From: a virus
Length of the DNA: 64,000 nucleotides
Strand: one strand, 5' to 3'
IMG/VR virus record: IMGVR_UViG_3300008629_000003
Span: 8,694-72,693 of that record
The first letter of the stretch is position 1; each line of letters begins with the position of its first letter. Below the pieces are notes generated by a model. That model saw nothing but the letters and a program-made list of their open reading frames with translations. It did no database searches and had not been told where the DNA came from. This document shows, piece by piece, positions 19,040 to 29,089 of this stretch. A program made the translations under genes and the position numbers.

Positions 19040-19500
19040 GGCACTTCGGCCTCGCTTGCCCCATCCATAGCGGCCTGAAATGCGGCGGTGATCGTTCGGT
19101 ATGTATCGTTGGATACCACGCGGTCGGCGATAGACCGCCAACCTTCTGGTCCCGACACAAAAAGAACGGTCCAGCGCGCCTGGAACTCTAGGGAACGGTT
19201 CAAGTCGTGGAGCTCGGACCAACACGCGCGAAGATCGGCGGGAAGATCGAGCCATGCCGCGTCTAGCGTGGACGCATACACCTCGTTTTCCACCTCGGGG
19301 ACGAGGCTGTAAATCATCGCCGTGATCTGATCGATTTCTGTGCGAAGATCGGCGTATGCTTTGACCCCGCCCGCTAACTCGTGGAGCTTGCGTTGGAGCT
19401 GTAGCCGTTCGCGGATTGTGGGTTCCACGTGGAACACAAACACGGCCTCCGCATCGGTTTCTAACTCCACGCGGACGTCTATTGTTTTTCGCTGGTCCAT
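19012..19500 (-). CDS. Tail assembly chaperone (lambda gpG-like)
   Basis: Follows the tail tube; GGAGAG RBS; slippery site near its end. Confidence 0.75.
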   Translation of the reverse strand: MDQRKTIDVRVELETDAEAVFVFHVEPTIRERLQLQRKLHELAGGVKAYADLRTEIDQITAMIYSLVPEVENEVYASTLDAAWLDLPADLRACWSELHDLNRSLEFQARWTVLFVSGPEGWRSIADRVVSNDTYRTITAAFQAAMDGASEAEVPGNERPSTS

Positions 19501-19535
19501 ATTCTCTCCGGTTGGTTACTGCCGGAGACATAGTA

Positions 19536-20015
19536 TCAGACGCCGCCGAGCTCGGCCCATTGCTTCCCGTTGTAGCGGGTGCCATAGACAAAGCCGAGAT
19601 CAATGGTCTTGTTCCCTCGTGCTCCCTGGCTCTGCGCGTGTCGATTGATCTTACACCCGGTGTAAGCATTCAAAATCGTACCCGCTCCAGGCCGATGCTC
19701 GGCTACGCGCTCCAAAATCGTGTATTCTTTTCCGAGAAAGGTGTCCGCCGATGGTAGGGAATCGTTCCACGCTGGGGTGAAAAACGCCGGCACGTTGCAC
19801 CCGCCGTCGTGGCGGCCTTGCACGTGCTCATTCACTTTGTGGTCGCCGGCCTCTTCGACCGGGTTGGTTTCGAAGTTGTCGGTCATGTTTATGCCGGTTG
19901 TCGCTCCGATAACCACATCCGACGGATCGTCCGCATTGAGAATAATTACCTCTACAGCCGCCCCCGCCACCTTGCTGACGTAGGCGTCTTGGCCTTGGAA
20001 AGTTGCGTAAGACAT
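19536..20015 (-). CDS. Tail tube protein
   Basis: 159 aa, directly downstream of the sheath; ILNAYTGCKI motif. Confidence 0.75.
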   Translation of the reverse strand: MSYATFQGQDAYVSKVAGAAVEVIILNADDPSDVVIGATTGINMTDNFETNPVEEAGDHKVNEHVQGRHDGGCNVPAFFTPAWNDSLPSADTFLGKEYTILERVAEHRPGAGTILNAYTGCKINRHAQSQGARGNKTIDLGFVYGTRYNGKQWAELGGV

Positions 20016-20018
20016 TGT

Positions 20019-21800
20019 CTATTCTCCGATATTCACATAGGTGGTCACGGTTATGAAATCCGTGGTTGTGGGCAACTTGACACCCCACACGACGTTGTAC
20101 CCGTTGCCGCTTGCGTCAAGCGTGATCGAGCTGATGCTGAAATCTTCAATCAGGCCACGCTTATCCTTCAAGAATAGGGCGCGCTTTATGATGACTGCCG
20201 AGATCGTGGACGGGTCGACCTTGTCTGCTCCGAGCTGGGAACCGTCCAGATCCTCCTTCAGCACACGATCGACAAAATCGGCCTGATCTCGCTGCATGAT
20301 CAAACAAGTATCGGCGGTGTCCACATTCCAACTCTGGGTATTTGCTTGTAGCGTGTTCAAGCCCTGGCTCACGACAAAGCGATAGGGCCGACTTCCCGAA
20401 AGCCTGTAGACACCGACGCCAGCCTTGTGAAGGGTGGTCAGGTTGCCGCTTACGCGCTCGTCCCATTTGATTTCGAGCGTAGAGTAGGAGAGCGCGTCGT
20501 TGGTCAGGTTGTGCGCGATGCCCCCGGCAATACGCATCCCGAACACCGCGGGCGCCAACGACTTGTAAGCATCCAGGTAATCCATACCACCGGCCCAAAG
20601 GTCGATGTCTTGGTTGTCGAGCGCCGTTGCGCGCACCTTCGGATTGGTACTTCCGGCGCCGGCCAAATTGGTGTCGCCCCAATCACAGCCCGTCGTGATG
20701 CTGACAGGATAGCCCGCCGCGCGCTTGGTGATCGCCCAATCGCGCCAAGCTGCGTGAACGGTCGTCAGGCTTTCCACCAAAAGAAACGCACGGGGTACGA
20801 TTTGCTCACGAAGCAAAAACGCGTCCCACTCTTTCGAGTCCAGATCAGAAATAAAATCGTTGTGTTCGGTAAGCGTGCCAGCGGGCGATGCGCCGGGGAC
20901 AACGGTGCCCCACGCGCTAACCTCTTTCATAGGCTTTTCAGCCTGAGTCAAGAGCGCCGCGTTGCTGAATGTTGCGGCCTTGGAGGCGCCGATGTGCTTC
21001 GATGTGTCATTGAGCCAATCGACCAAAGCCTGGCCATTTGCTAGGGTGCCGCTCGTCTCTTGTCGCGTGGTGTCGTACTCCACGATCATCCCGTAGCCGC
21101 TCGCCGCGGTTTCCGCGGCAGAAACCGCGGCGCTGGCGGTGGTGGTGATGTCCACCCAGAACACCTCTTGACCGTTGGCGTCAAACTCCGTCCCTTTGCC
21201 GTCCGTGGCTTTGACCAAATAGGCGACGTTGGCGCTGTTGTTATCTCCAAGCTCAATAGCTTGGCCGTCTTTGACCCAGGTGTTGTCACGCACATAGATA
21301 CGCGTGTCGCCAACGCTCACGTCCTGGGCCAAGCGTGCAAAATGCTTCAGCGGGGTGACCACCACACCCGAACCGCTCACAGCAATTTTAATGTGCCCCC
21401 CGGGTGCGCCGAACTTCTTGGAGTAAATGTTCATTTCAACCACTGGGCCGGTGGAGTGAGCGGGGACCGAACACCGAACAAGCGCAGAACAGGACACGTA
21501 ATAAGCAAACGGCAATCCGTGACGCTTCGCGTACTTGGCCGCGATCGCAATGTCGGACGCTGGGCCGTATTCATCGGCGACGGCACTGGCCGTCCCAAGC
21601 GCAACGAACGGCGAAAATTCCGCCTCATCGCTATACTTCAAGTCGTTGGCGTTGTATGGCACCCCCCAATCCGCGTCACCGATGACCACGGGGACGTGGA
21701 ATTCGGGCAAGGGTCCGGGGAGACTGCTGCGCACACGGATATCCGTGTAGACACCGGGTATATACTTCGTGGTCCCGTCGGGGGCGGTAACGGAAGGCAT
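20019..21800 (-). CDS. Tail sheath protein
   Basis: N-terminal YIPGVYT; C-terminal VVSQGLNT...FITVTTYV. Confidence 0.9.
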   Translation of the reverse strand: MPSVTAPDGTTKYIPGVYTDIRVRSSLPGPLPEFHVPVVIGDADWGVPYNANDLKYSDEAEFSPFVALGTASAVADEYGPASDIAIAAKYAKRHGLPFAYYVSCSALVRCSVPAHSTGPVVEMNIYSKKFGAPGGHIKIAVSGSGVVVTPLKHFARLAQDVSVGDTRIYVRDNTWVKDGQAIELGDNNSANVAYLVKATDGKGTEFDANGQEVFWVDITTTASAAVSAAETAASGYGMIVEYDTTRQETSGTLANGQALVDWLNDTSKHIGASKAATFSNAALLTQAEKPMKEVSAWGTVVPGASPAGTLTEHNDFISDLDSKEWDAFLLREQIVPRAFLLVESLTTVHAAWRDWAITKRAAGYPVSITTGCDWGDTNLAGAGSTNPKVRATALDNQDIDLWAGGMDYLDAYKSLAPAVFGMRIAGGIAHNLTNDALSYSTLEIKWDERVSGNLTTLHKAGVGVYRLSGSRPYRFVVSQGLNTLQANTQSWNVDTADTCLIMQRDQADFVDRVLKEDLDGSQLGADKVDPSTISAVIIKRALFLKDKRGLIEDFSISSITLDASGNGYNVVWGVKLPTTTDFITVTTYVNIGE

Positions 21801-21803
21801 ATG

Positions 21804-22073
21804 TTACTCCTTGATCTTCTTAGTCGGCTTGGATTTTTTTGGAAGCACTAGCGCCACCGGGTTGTCGCTGTCGCGCGCTGCTTTCCATTGCTTGCGATTC
21901 CACGCCCTGATCCGGTCTATGACCTTGGGCCAGTCTTTGGCGCTGAACTGGACCGCCTGGGGCGCACAGCAATCGAACAACAGATCAACACAACGCGCGT
22001 CGCCTGTTCTTTGTTTTGCTTCGGTCGCATCCGTGGCGGGTGGCATTTGGGCGATGTATTCCAAAAAGGTCAT
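21804..22073 (-). CDS. Hypothetical protein
   Basis: In operon, GAGGA RBS. Confidence 0.55.
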   Translation of the reverse strand: MTFLEYIAQMPPATDATEAKQRTGDARCVDLLFDCCAPQAVQFSAKDWPKVIDRIRAWNRKQWKAARDSDNPVALVLPKKSKPTKKIKE

Positions 22074-22080
22074 GGGATCC

Positions 22081-22767
22081 TCAGTTGCTATATGTCACGC
22101 TCTGCGACATTTTGAAAGCTACCCGCTCTCTTTGGGACGTTTGGTGTTGGGTCCATTCCATGGACATGGACATTACCGGCACATAGGCAACATGTGGCGT
22201 CAAGTCAGAGGATACCTCAAACCCGCCGTCCGATAGGGTGATGTTGAGAACCCCGGCGCTCTGGAGGCGTCCCTTGTCACGCATTAGAACATTTCGGACA
22301 GCTTCATGCAGTAACAGAGACCCCTCCGGGGCGATCGCCCATGATCCGATCTGAATTTGGGTCGTTTGGTCTGAGCCAATGATCGTGTGCTCGACATGTC
22401 GGAGCTTTTCGCCTGCTCCGAGCTTTTCGACGCGCCGGTGCATGACATCCCCCATGGTCGCCTGGCCCACATCTTCGCTACCCGAGGCAACCAAAACCGA
22501 GACCCAGGGCAATGACAACTCTGTCCGTGGATAGGTCACCCCAACGCGCACCGCGCCGGCGCTGCCATAGGAGACCAATCGCTTGAGGTGATCCTTCAAG
22601 TCTTGGGTCCATTGGTCTTGCGTCCCGTCTCGCAAGTCATCAAAGCGCTGGTAGAGCTCGGAGAGTCGAACGTCATCAGACGCGAGCTCTACCAGTCCCT
22701 TGATCAACACCTCGCGCACCAACAGGCTCGGAACAATGCCCGCACCAGACCCGAGCGGCTTTGGCAT
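22081..22767 (-). CDS. Tail terminator/neck protein
   Basis: Position upstream of the sheath; YPRTELSLPWVSV motif. Confidence 0.55.
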   Translation of the reverse strand: MPKPLGSGAGIVPSLLVREVLIKGLVELASDDVRLSELYQRFDDLRDGTQDQWTQDLKDHLKRLVSYGSAGAVRVGVTYPRTELSLPWVSVLVASGSEDVGQATMGDVMHRRVEKLGAGEKLRHVEHTIIGSDQTTQIQIGSWAIAPEGSLLLHEAVRNVLMRDKGRLQSAGVLNITLSDGGFEVSSDLTPHVAYVPVMSMSMEWTQHQTSQRERVAFKMSQSVTYSN

Positions 22768-23739
22768 CTAGCCCCCCCCGATTACGGCATTTACACCGGC
22801 CATTATGTGAGCCTCTAGGCGGCCGTTGCGCATTGTCGCTTGCATGACGCGACGCGCGACGTACTTTCCTTGGCGCGCTGGGATGTTCCAGCCCTGAGAG
22901 TTTTCGGTCATTGTTCGAATGGTCATATAAGTGGTGTGCCTTCGCGTTCCCGTCTTAAACATGCCGTGAAATTTTGAAGCACTCCAGGCCGGGTTAACCA
23001 TCGGGCCGTGTTTGTTTTTGCCCACTAGCCGCGCTGTACGCCTTTCATCGACCGACATGTTGTGGGCGCCTTGCCCGCCGCCCAGAGCGATCCCCGTTCG
23101 AACGTGGGATCGGTCCAGCGCTCGGCGGTGGGGGGTTTTCGGTCTCACATATCGATCGGCTTGAACATACTGGCGCTTGCCGGATGGCATCGTGCGATAT
23201 ACCGGCCCAACACCGAGGCGCTTGTGATGGGAAAGCTGCCGCTTGGCCGTCAAGTAAATGTCCCGGGGCATCATATTACGAAGAGCCGTCCGAGTTTGGC
23301 CGCCATCCCGCCGCGCCCCGGGCTCTTTAAATGCATAATGCCGAAACGGGACGTGCATGTATCGCACACCATCGGCAGATTTTTTAATTCTGCCGGTGGC
23401 CTTCCCCCAATTTACGACCGATGGTAAGTGGAACGCGGGGTGTCCATCTTCAACGATCGACGCATGTTTCGCCGTATTCGTAACCGAAAACACAACAGAC
23501 CAGACGCTTCCGCTCATAGCCACCTGTTCGACTTCAAGCCGGCCCTCGGCTTGAATGCCGTTGATGTATCCCCCGCGGTCGCTGATCTGCATTGCGTGGG
23601 CGGCGGAAATCCACGTCCCTTGGATGTATTGTGCCGCGCGCAAAGCCCCGCGGTTAAATGCTCGTTTCATGGTGTCGAGATCGGGGGTCATATCGTCCCA
23701 CGACGCCCCCTCGATTTGCAAGCTGAACTCCAAGGTCAT
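22768..23739 (-). CDS. Neck/tail completion protein
   Basis: HASIVEDG, YMHVPFRH, YMTIRTMTENSQGWNIP motifs. Confidence 0.6.
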   Translation of the reverse strand: MTLEFSLQIEGASWDDMTPDLDTMKRAFNRGALRAAQYIQGTWISAAHAMQISDRGGYINGIQAEGRLEVEQVAMSGSVWSVVFSVTNTAKHASIVEDGHPAFHLPSVVNWGKATGRIKKSADGVRYMHVPFRHYAFKEPGARRDGGQTRTALRNMMPRDIYLTAKRQLSHHKRLGVGPVYRTMPSGKRQYVQADRYVRPKTPHRRALDRSHVRTGIALGGGQGAHNMSVDERRTARLVGKNKHGPMVNPAWSASKFHGMFKTGTRRHTTYMTIRTMTENSQGWNIPARQGKYVARRVMQATMRNGRLEAHIMAGVNAVIGGG

Positions 23740-24521
23740 CGCCGCTCTTCCTCCCCGCGCGTCCATTGGTCCAGCCGACTGACCGAACACCGGTAGGGGT
23801 AAGCCGTCCCGGCTTCCGCTCGAAACATACCGGGGTCATACTCCACAACATAGGCCGCGGGAGCTCGATATCGCACCGTGTACCCCCGGGCCGGGGATGG
23901 CCCGCACCCCTCGCGCCATTCAATCCTCTGGCCGGTGCGGGTGTATTCTACGCCCTCCACGGCCTCCAGAATTGCACGCGTCCCGGCCTGTTCGTAAAAC
24001 ACCGCCTCCACTTCCGAGACGCGTGGATACTTCAACCGATCCGGGGTTGGTGATTGCTCGGGGACGCGGTAGTCGCCAATCGAATCGCGGAACCGTATGT
24101 CAGAGCCGCTGAGCTGTTGATGCGCGCGATAGATCACCTCCTGAACGATGTGGGTCTCGTTGTCGGGTAAAATCATGTCACCAGGCGCCGCAATAATCGG
24201 CCGGGGAAACGTCGCCTGAGCATCACCGTGGATCAATTGGCCCGCGGCTTGGTCCTCTCGTTTGTTGCTGCGATTCTGCAACAACACGACAATCGGCTCC
24301 CGGTGCTTTTGTGGGTGTAAATACCCGCGACCGAAACAGCTTGGACAACCAATAGCCGGGAGGCCGGTTTCGAGGCGCAAGCATGGGCATTTGATGCCCC
24401 TCCTCAACTCGGCACTTTGCCCGTGTTGCTCGATCAAATCGTCGAGCTCGGCCGGGTCCACGTGAATCAGGGGAAACCTATCGGTCCCGACCACCTGGAG
24501 GCTTTTCCTTCGGGCGGCCAT
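23736..24521 (-). CDS. Head closure/neck protein
   Basis: CPC...CPSCFGRG motif; position in the neck cluster. Confidence 0.6.
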   Translation of the reverse strand: MAARRKSLQVVGTDRFPLIHVDPAELDDLIEQHGQSAELRRGIKCPCLRLETGLPAIGCPSCFGRGYLHPQKHREPIVVLLQNRSNKREDQAAGQLIHGDAQATFPRPIIAAPGDMILPDNETHIVQEVIYRAHQQLSGSDIRFRDSIGDYRVPEQSPTPDRLKYPRVSEVEAVFYEQAGTRAILEAVEGVEYTRTGQRIEWREGCGPSPARGYTVRYRAPAAYVVEYDPGMFRAEAGTAYPYRCSVSRLDQWTRGEEERR

Positions 24522-25438
24522 CAATAGCCGTACATCATGACCGGGAGGCCACGCTTGTACGATCGCAGGCTTTTCCAATTGATCCGCTTGGTCGCTTCAT
24601 CCAAGACGTGCTCAAGTGCTGAATTCAAACCGTAGATCGCCGACGCCTGAAGACCAACGGATCGACTCACGCCGTCCATGCTTATCGACGCACTTGTTAG
24701 CCCTTGCGACTGCGCCAAACCACCAATCGACAAGAGGGTGATCCCTGCCACGCAATAGCACCAATGCGCCAAAACCGCCTCGATCTCACCCGTCGCGCCG
24801 CCCTGTTTCGAAATCGGCCCGCGCGTAAAATCGACGGCCCAAAAATCCGGCACCGGGCTCTGGTGGATGTTGATCGTATGCCACACGCCGTAATTCGAAC
24901 CGCCACCGTCGGCGTTGTTGGTGATCACTACCGACAACAGATCGGTCGGAATGATGTGGAGCGTTCCCTGCTCCCCCCACTCCAATTTCACAAAATTCAT
25001 ATTTCCGTTGGCTTCGGAAAACTCCCAAACCAACACGTCGAAATAATACGCGCGGATCCGGTCAACCGATATGACAGAAGCCGAGGGCAAGTCAATCCGA
25101 AACCACGTATTTGTCGCCGCCCGATTGTACGGCAAGCGTGACACCAGGCGGTCAAAATGGACTCCCTGAATCAAGCCGTCGTCAGCGGGGCGAGCCTTGC
25201 AAACCTCGATCCCCATAGGGACGCCAAGCTTGGCCTCCAGCTCGGAGATCGCCGCGCGCATGTGCCACCGAATCGTCTCGTCTGGTATCGCCCCTAGAAC
25301 ACCGGTCAGATCATCTTGTGAACTTGGGTCGAGCCCAGCCGCCAAACCCGGCGCGTACCTCCTTCTCCATAAATCTGGATCAAGAAGCTCCGCAACAGGG
25401 ACACTCAGACCGAGTGTGCGATAAGACGGCCGACTCAT
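24521..25438 (-). CDS. Head-tail adaptor
   Basis: SASISMDGVSRS motif; position after the capsid genes. Confidence 0.65.
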   Translation of the reverse strand: MSRPSYRTLGLSVPVAELLDPDLWRRRYAPGLAAGLDPSSQDDLTGVLGAIPDETIRWHMRAAISELEAKLGVPMGIEVCKARPADDGLIQGVHFDRLVSRLPYNRAATNTWFRIDLPSASVISVDRIRAYYFDVLVWEFSEANGNMNFVKLEWGEQGTLHIIPTDLLSVVITNNADGGGSNYGVWHTINIHQSPVPDFWAVDFTRGPISKQGGATGEIEAVLAHWCYCVAGITLLSIGGLAQSQGLTSASISMDGVSRSVGLQASAIYGLNSALEHVLDEATKRINWKSLRSYKRGLPVMMYGY

Positions 25439-25449
25439 ATCCCCTCACG

Positions 25450-25926
25450 TTATCGGCGCTGACAGTACAGGTAAGCGCTGGCGCCGACCACATCACCGGA
25501 ACCTGTACCAACGACGGACAACGCGATGGTCGCGTTGTAGTCTACGTCGGCCTTGCCCGTTTCTGGAGCGACACGTTGACCGGTGCCCGCGCCCGTCTTG
25601 ATGTCTTCTGGCGCGTCCAAGATCGTGGCGCCCGCCACCAAAACGTCGGCAGTCGCCGCCGAACCCGCCGCCGACTCACAACCAAGATCCGCGGCCCAGA
25701 TGGTAAGCGGCCAAGGCGCCTTCACTGCGAGGCTGACCTTCGTGTTGTTGTTGGCCGCGGTATGCAGCATCAACGGAATGACAAAGAACGAAGCCGGAAA
25801 CTCGTGCAAACGAGCATGGCCGGCATAGCCGAGGGCCTTGTCGTAGCGCCGCAAGTCGAAAAGTTGGTCACTAGTAGGGCGAACACTGAACGCCCCAACT
25901 ACGGCAGAGTTGCTAATTTCAGCCAT
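25450..25926 (-). CDS. Virion structural protein (possible decoration protein)
   Basis: Small beta-rich protein in the head cluster. Confidence 0.5.
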   Translation of the reverse strand: MAEISNSAVVGAFSVRPTSDQLFDLRRYDKALGYAGHARLHEFPASFFVIPLMLHTAANNNTKVSLAVKAPWPLTIWAADLGCESAAGSAATADVLVAGATILDAPEDIKTGAGTGQRVAPETGKADVDYNATIALSVVGTGSGDVVGASAYLYCQRR

Positions 25927-26767
25927 TGGTGGCTCCTTCTGTCAGTCGAATGATCGCGTCTCGTTGGGCTACCGAAACAGTCGGAAGACCTTCTCGACGC
26001 AAATAGTAATTGATACGATTTGGGTGCGGGTGACTCTCTTGGGTCTTTTTTCGCAGATCGCTGATGATTTTCTGCGCGGACTCTAAGTCTTCCGCCGATC
26101 CCCATTCTTGCAGTAGTTCTACCGCGTCGGCCGCGGTGACGATCGGATCCAAATGCACAGGATCGGCCACGTCCGAGCCGGCCGCCTCGGTGCTCGGGCT
26201 ATGCTCGGGCTCCTCTTCCACAGGCTCGACAACAGGAGGCGCCTTGCGCTTCTTTTTGCTAGGGGGTCGTGGCGGGCGCCATCCGTCGGCCGGCGTCTTC
26301 CATCCCGTAACTTCCCACGGGTACGCCTTCCCTCGCATTTTCGCCCAATCCACCGGAGGAACGGACAATAGCATTTCTGCCAGCGTTAGGCCGGTAGCCA
26401 AACTTCGCCCACCCGCTTCTCCTGGGTTGCCGTGGTTGAATACTCCAACCAAGTCGTCGGTCGACCATCCGAGCTCTATAGCTCGATCCAGAGGCGTGGT
26501 GGCCGTGGGTGGTACGGGCCGCAATGTTGGACGAGATTTAGGGGCAGTGGAGAGAACCTCGTCCTCCCGTACCACCCGAAACCGGCCATCCGACTGCACC
26601 ACAGCCGCCCGAACCGCCGCCAACGCCGGCGCGTCCTCCGGCATGGTGGCCACCATCACATACTCCCCGGATACAAGCTCGCGTTTAACGAACTCCACCG
26701 GTTCCCCCCCCATCCAGAAGATCGAAGAGTCGCGTAGGCGGCCACCATGTCGGACGATCCACACCAT
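25919..26767 (-). CDS. Hypothetical protein after the capsid gene
   Basis: In operon; start codon uncertain. Confidence 0.55.
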   Translation of the reverse strand: MVWIVRHGGRLRDSSIFWMGGEPVEFVKRELVSGEYVMVATMPEDAPALAAVRAAVVQSDGRFRVVREDEVLSTAPKSRPTLRPVPPTATTPLDRAIELGWSTDDLVGVFNHGNPGEAGGRSLATGLTLAEMLLSVPPVDWAKMRGKAYPWEVTGWKTPADGWRPPRPPSKKKRKAPPVVEPVEEEPEHSPSTEAAGSDVADPVHLDPIVTAADAVELLQEWGSAEDLESAQKIISDLRKKTQESHPHPNRINYYLRREGLPTVSVAQRDAIIRLTEGATNG

Positions 26768-26774
26768 CGACGGC

Positions 26775-28286
26775 TTAGGCCCGGCCGATGTTGTAGAAAT
26801 ACACATTCTGGAGGGCGTTGCGCACCTCGGGAACGCAAGCCGAATACATCAGAGGCCGGTCCACTTCAGCCAGAATCGACGCCAGCGCCATGATCCCCAT
26901 TGATGGCCCCAGGCTTGCGACGGCCACGGTGTTCGTCGGCGTGTCACCACCGGTCAAGAAGCTGGCCGCATTGTCACGCGCCGCCCAGTATGCCCCGGGC
27001 TGCCCATTGTGCAGAGCGCGCTCGGAAGCGGAAGTCACCCGCAGACCAAAGGCGTGCGAGGTGTTCGGACGGTAATGGTTCAGATCGTAGGATGTTACTG
27101 CGCCACCGCCCCCGGTGTTCGCTACCTCGAAAATGAACCACGCATCGGTCGAAGCCGAGTCCGCGTCCGTGCCGCGGTAAACCTTGAACGAGTCGGCCAA
27201 GGGGTTGCCCGGGGTGATCGTCAGAGTCACCTCTTGAGTCGCCGCGACGGTCGTGTAGCCCGTTGAAGGCGCACGCGTCCCGAGACTTTCGAGCTCTTCG
27301 ACGGTCTCTGTGATCACCCAGAAAATCTCCCCGGCGCTTGCTGCATCCCACTTGGATACCCGGCTACCGCCCGGTGAGCCCGCGGAAGGCGCCGCAACCG
27401 TTGGACTCGTTGTCGGTGCACCAGTAATCAGCGCGCTGCTGTACTGCGGCGCTGCATAGATGGGGGACAAGGTGTTGTCCGACTCAAACCAAATTACCCG
27501 GCCCTGGGTCTGGATGCCTGCAATCTGCTGACCGACCATGTATGGCTTCGCAGAGATCGGCATCGGGAGACGCTGGGCGCCGTCCATAGAGCTCTCAAAG
27601 GTCTCGCGAGTCATCGGATCCATACAAAAGCAATTGAACACACCAAACAGCGTCGCGCTCTTGGCGGCCCGTTCGCGGATCGTGTCAATGGTCAGGGGTG
27701 ATCCCTGCATGTCGATTGCGTGGGAGCCATAGGGAGACGTGCCCGTCGTTCCGTCTGTGCCTTCGCGGATCTGCTGTGCCAGTCCTTCGAATCGCAGTCC
27801 ACTCGCTCCGAGGCGCGTCTGCGACGTGTCGGAAAAATAGAGGTTCCGGTTCTTCTTGAACAACATATTTTTGCGCAAGGCTACGCGCTCAATGTTCTGA
27901 GCGCCCGTGGTGCCGAGGGCGCGCTGCGTCTTCTCAAGCGCCGCCAAGAGAAAGGTCGGCCCAATCTCGCCCATGAGCTTGATGTTCTTGATCACGCGCT
28001 CGGTGCCGAAGTTGGTCTCAGGGGGCAAGCTCCGCTCCCCAAAAAAACCACTATTCCGGCTGAAGCCATAGGAGGTCACCTTGGTGAATTCGTGCTTGAT
28101 GCTTGTGGCGGGCACGGACGGCAGCAACTTCATGAGCGTGAGCTCACCCGGGTCGCTTTCGTTCCAAAGTGTATTGTGGGCCTCGATTTCGAGGTCCTCT
28201 GGAACGATATCCGTAATGTTTCCGCTGTGAACCGCCTTTTCCAGTGCTTGAAGCAGTTGGGCGGTCTGGGCTCCGTTGATTGACAT
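26775..28286 (-). CDS. Major capsid protein
   Basis: 503 aa after protease and scaffold; ALEKA...EDLE N-terminus; HEFTKV...FFGE..LP; FEGLAQQI. Confidence 0.85.
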   Translation of the reverse strand: MSINGAQTAQLLQALEKAVHSGNITDIVPEDLEIEAHNTLWNESDPGELTLMKLLPSVPATSIKHEFTKVTSYGFSRNSGFFGERSLPPETNFGTERVIKNIKLMGEIGPTFLLAALEKTQRALGTTGAQNIERVALRKNMLFKKNRNLYFSDTSQTRLGASGLRFEGLAQQIREGTDGTTGTSPYGSHAIDMQGSPLTIDTIRERAAKSATLFGVFNCFCMDPMTRETFESSMDGAQRLPMPISAKPYMVGQQIAGIQTQGRVIWFESDNTLSPIYAAPQYSSALITGAPTTSPTVAAPSAGSPGGSRVSKWDAASAGEIFWVITETVEELESLGTRAPSTGYTTVAATQEVTLTITPGNPLADSFKVYRGTDADSASTDAWFIFEVANTGGGGAVTSYDLNHYRPNTSHAFGLRVTSASERALHNGQPGAYWAARDNAASFLTGGDTPTNTVAVASLGPSMGIMALASILAEVDRPLMYSACVPEVRNALQNVYFYNIGRA

Positions 28287-28345
28287 TTTTCGGTCCTTCT
28301 AAAGTAAGGTTTAGAGATTCGCTAACGCTACAAACGCTATAGCGG

Positions 28346-29089
28346 TTAGGCTTGAAGAGTCTTCACCGCCTCAATGATTCGCGTGTTGTTGGCGTCGTCG
28401 TATGCGTCGAACTTGCCCGTGTGCTGGTAGCTGCGCAGCTCGTCAGTTGATACGACATGACCCATCCGAGCCTTCGCTAGAACGTCCTTCGGAAACCCTG
28501 GCCCTTCGGCACGCTTGATCTCCTGACGCCGCCGATTCGACACGCGCGGGCGAGCGGGAGCAGTGAAACCCGTGTCCGGTACCGACATGAGAGCCTCATG
28601 CGTAGCGACCACCGCTTTCCCCATGGGTGCCAGCGTTCCAGCCAACCCGCGGGCGAGCTGTTGATTGCTCTTGACCAGTCCCTTGATCAGCTTGCGGTCG
28701 AGCGCGCGGCCCTTCTCCAGTCGCTCGATTCGCTTGGACATAGCCGTCAGAAATTCCGTAGCGTCGATCGCGCCTTGATCGTAGTCGTTGAACTGACGAG
28801 ACATTTGCATGTCTTCGAAGCCTGGCTCGTCGTCCTCTTCGTCTTCGTCGATCTCCTCTTCGTCTTCGTCGATCTCCTCTTCGTCTTCGTCGATCTCCTC
28901 TTCGTCTTCGTCGATCTCCTCTTTGGCCTTGGCCATGGGCTTAACAACCACGCCGAGCAAAGTGTTGAGGCCATCGACCAAGCCCTTCGCCATGGTTTGC
29001 ATAGCTCCGTCGGTGTCGTCGGCGAGCTTGCCGATCTCTTCGATTTCGGCCGCTAGGGTGTCGGGATTGATTTTATCCAAGTTAGGCAC
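28346..29089 (-). CDS. Capsid scaffold protein
   Basis: Between protease and capsid; acidic repeats; several xxK-A/G/S sites; AAGGAG RBS before GTG. Confidence 0.7.
   Translation of the reverse strand: MPNLDKINPDTLAAEIEEIGKLADDTDGAMQTMAKGLVDGLNTLLGVVVKPMAKAKEEIDEDEEEIDEDEEEIDEDEEEIDEDEEDDEPGFEDMQMSRQFNDYDQGAIDATEFLTAMSKRIERLEKGRALDRKLIKGLVKSNQQLARGLAGTLAPMGKAVVATHEALMSVPDTGFTAPARPRVSNRRRQEIKRAEGPGFPKDVLAKARMGHVVSTDELRSYQHTGKFDAYDDANNTRIIEAVKTLQA
28835..28923 (-). repeat. 21-bp tandem repeat x4 encoding EEIDEDE
   Basis: Direct inspection of the DNA. Confidence 0.9.

Noticed and set aside
19040-19669. Upstream part of ORF 18602-19669 as a gene
   Set aside because: It overlaps the tube and chaperone genes; only the part after the slippery site is likely translated
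6950-22767. Tailocin, eCIS or T6SS locus
   Set aside because: Terminase, portal, protease and capsid genes are present, so this is a phage
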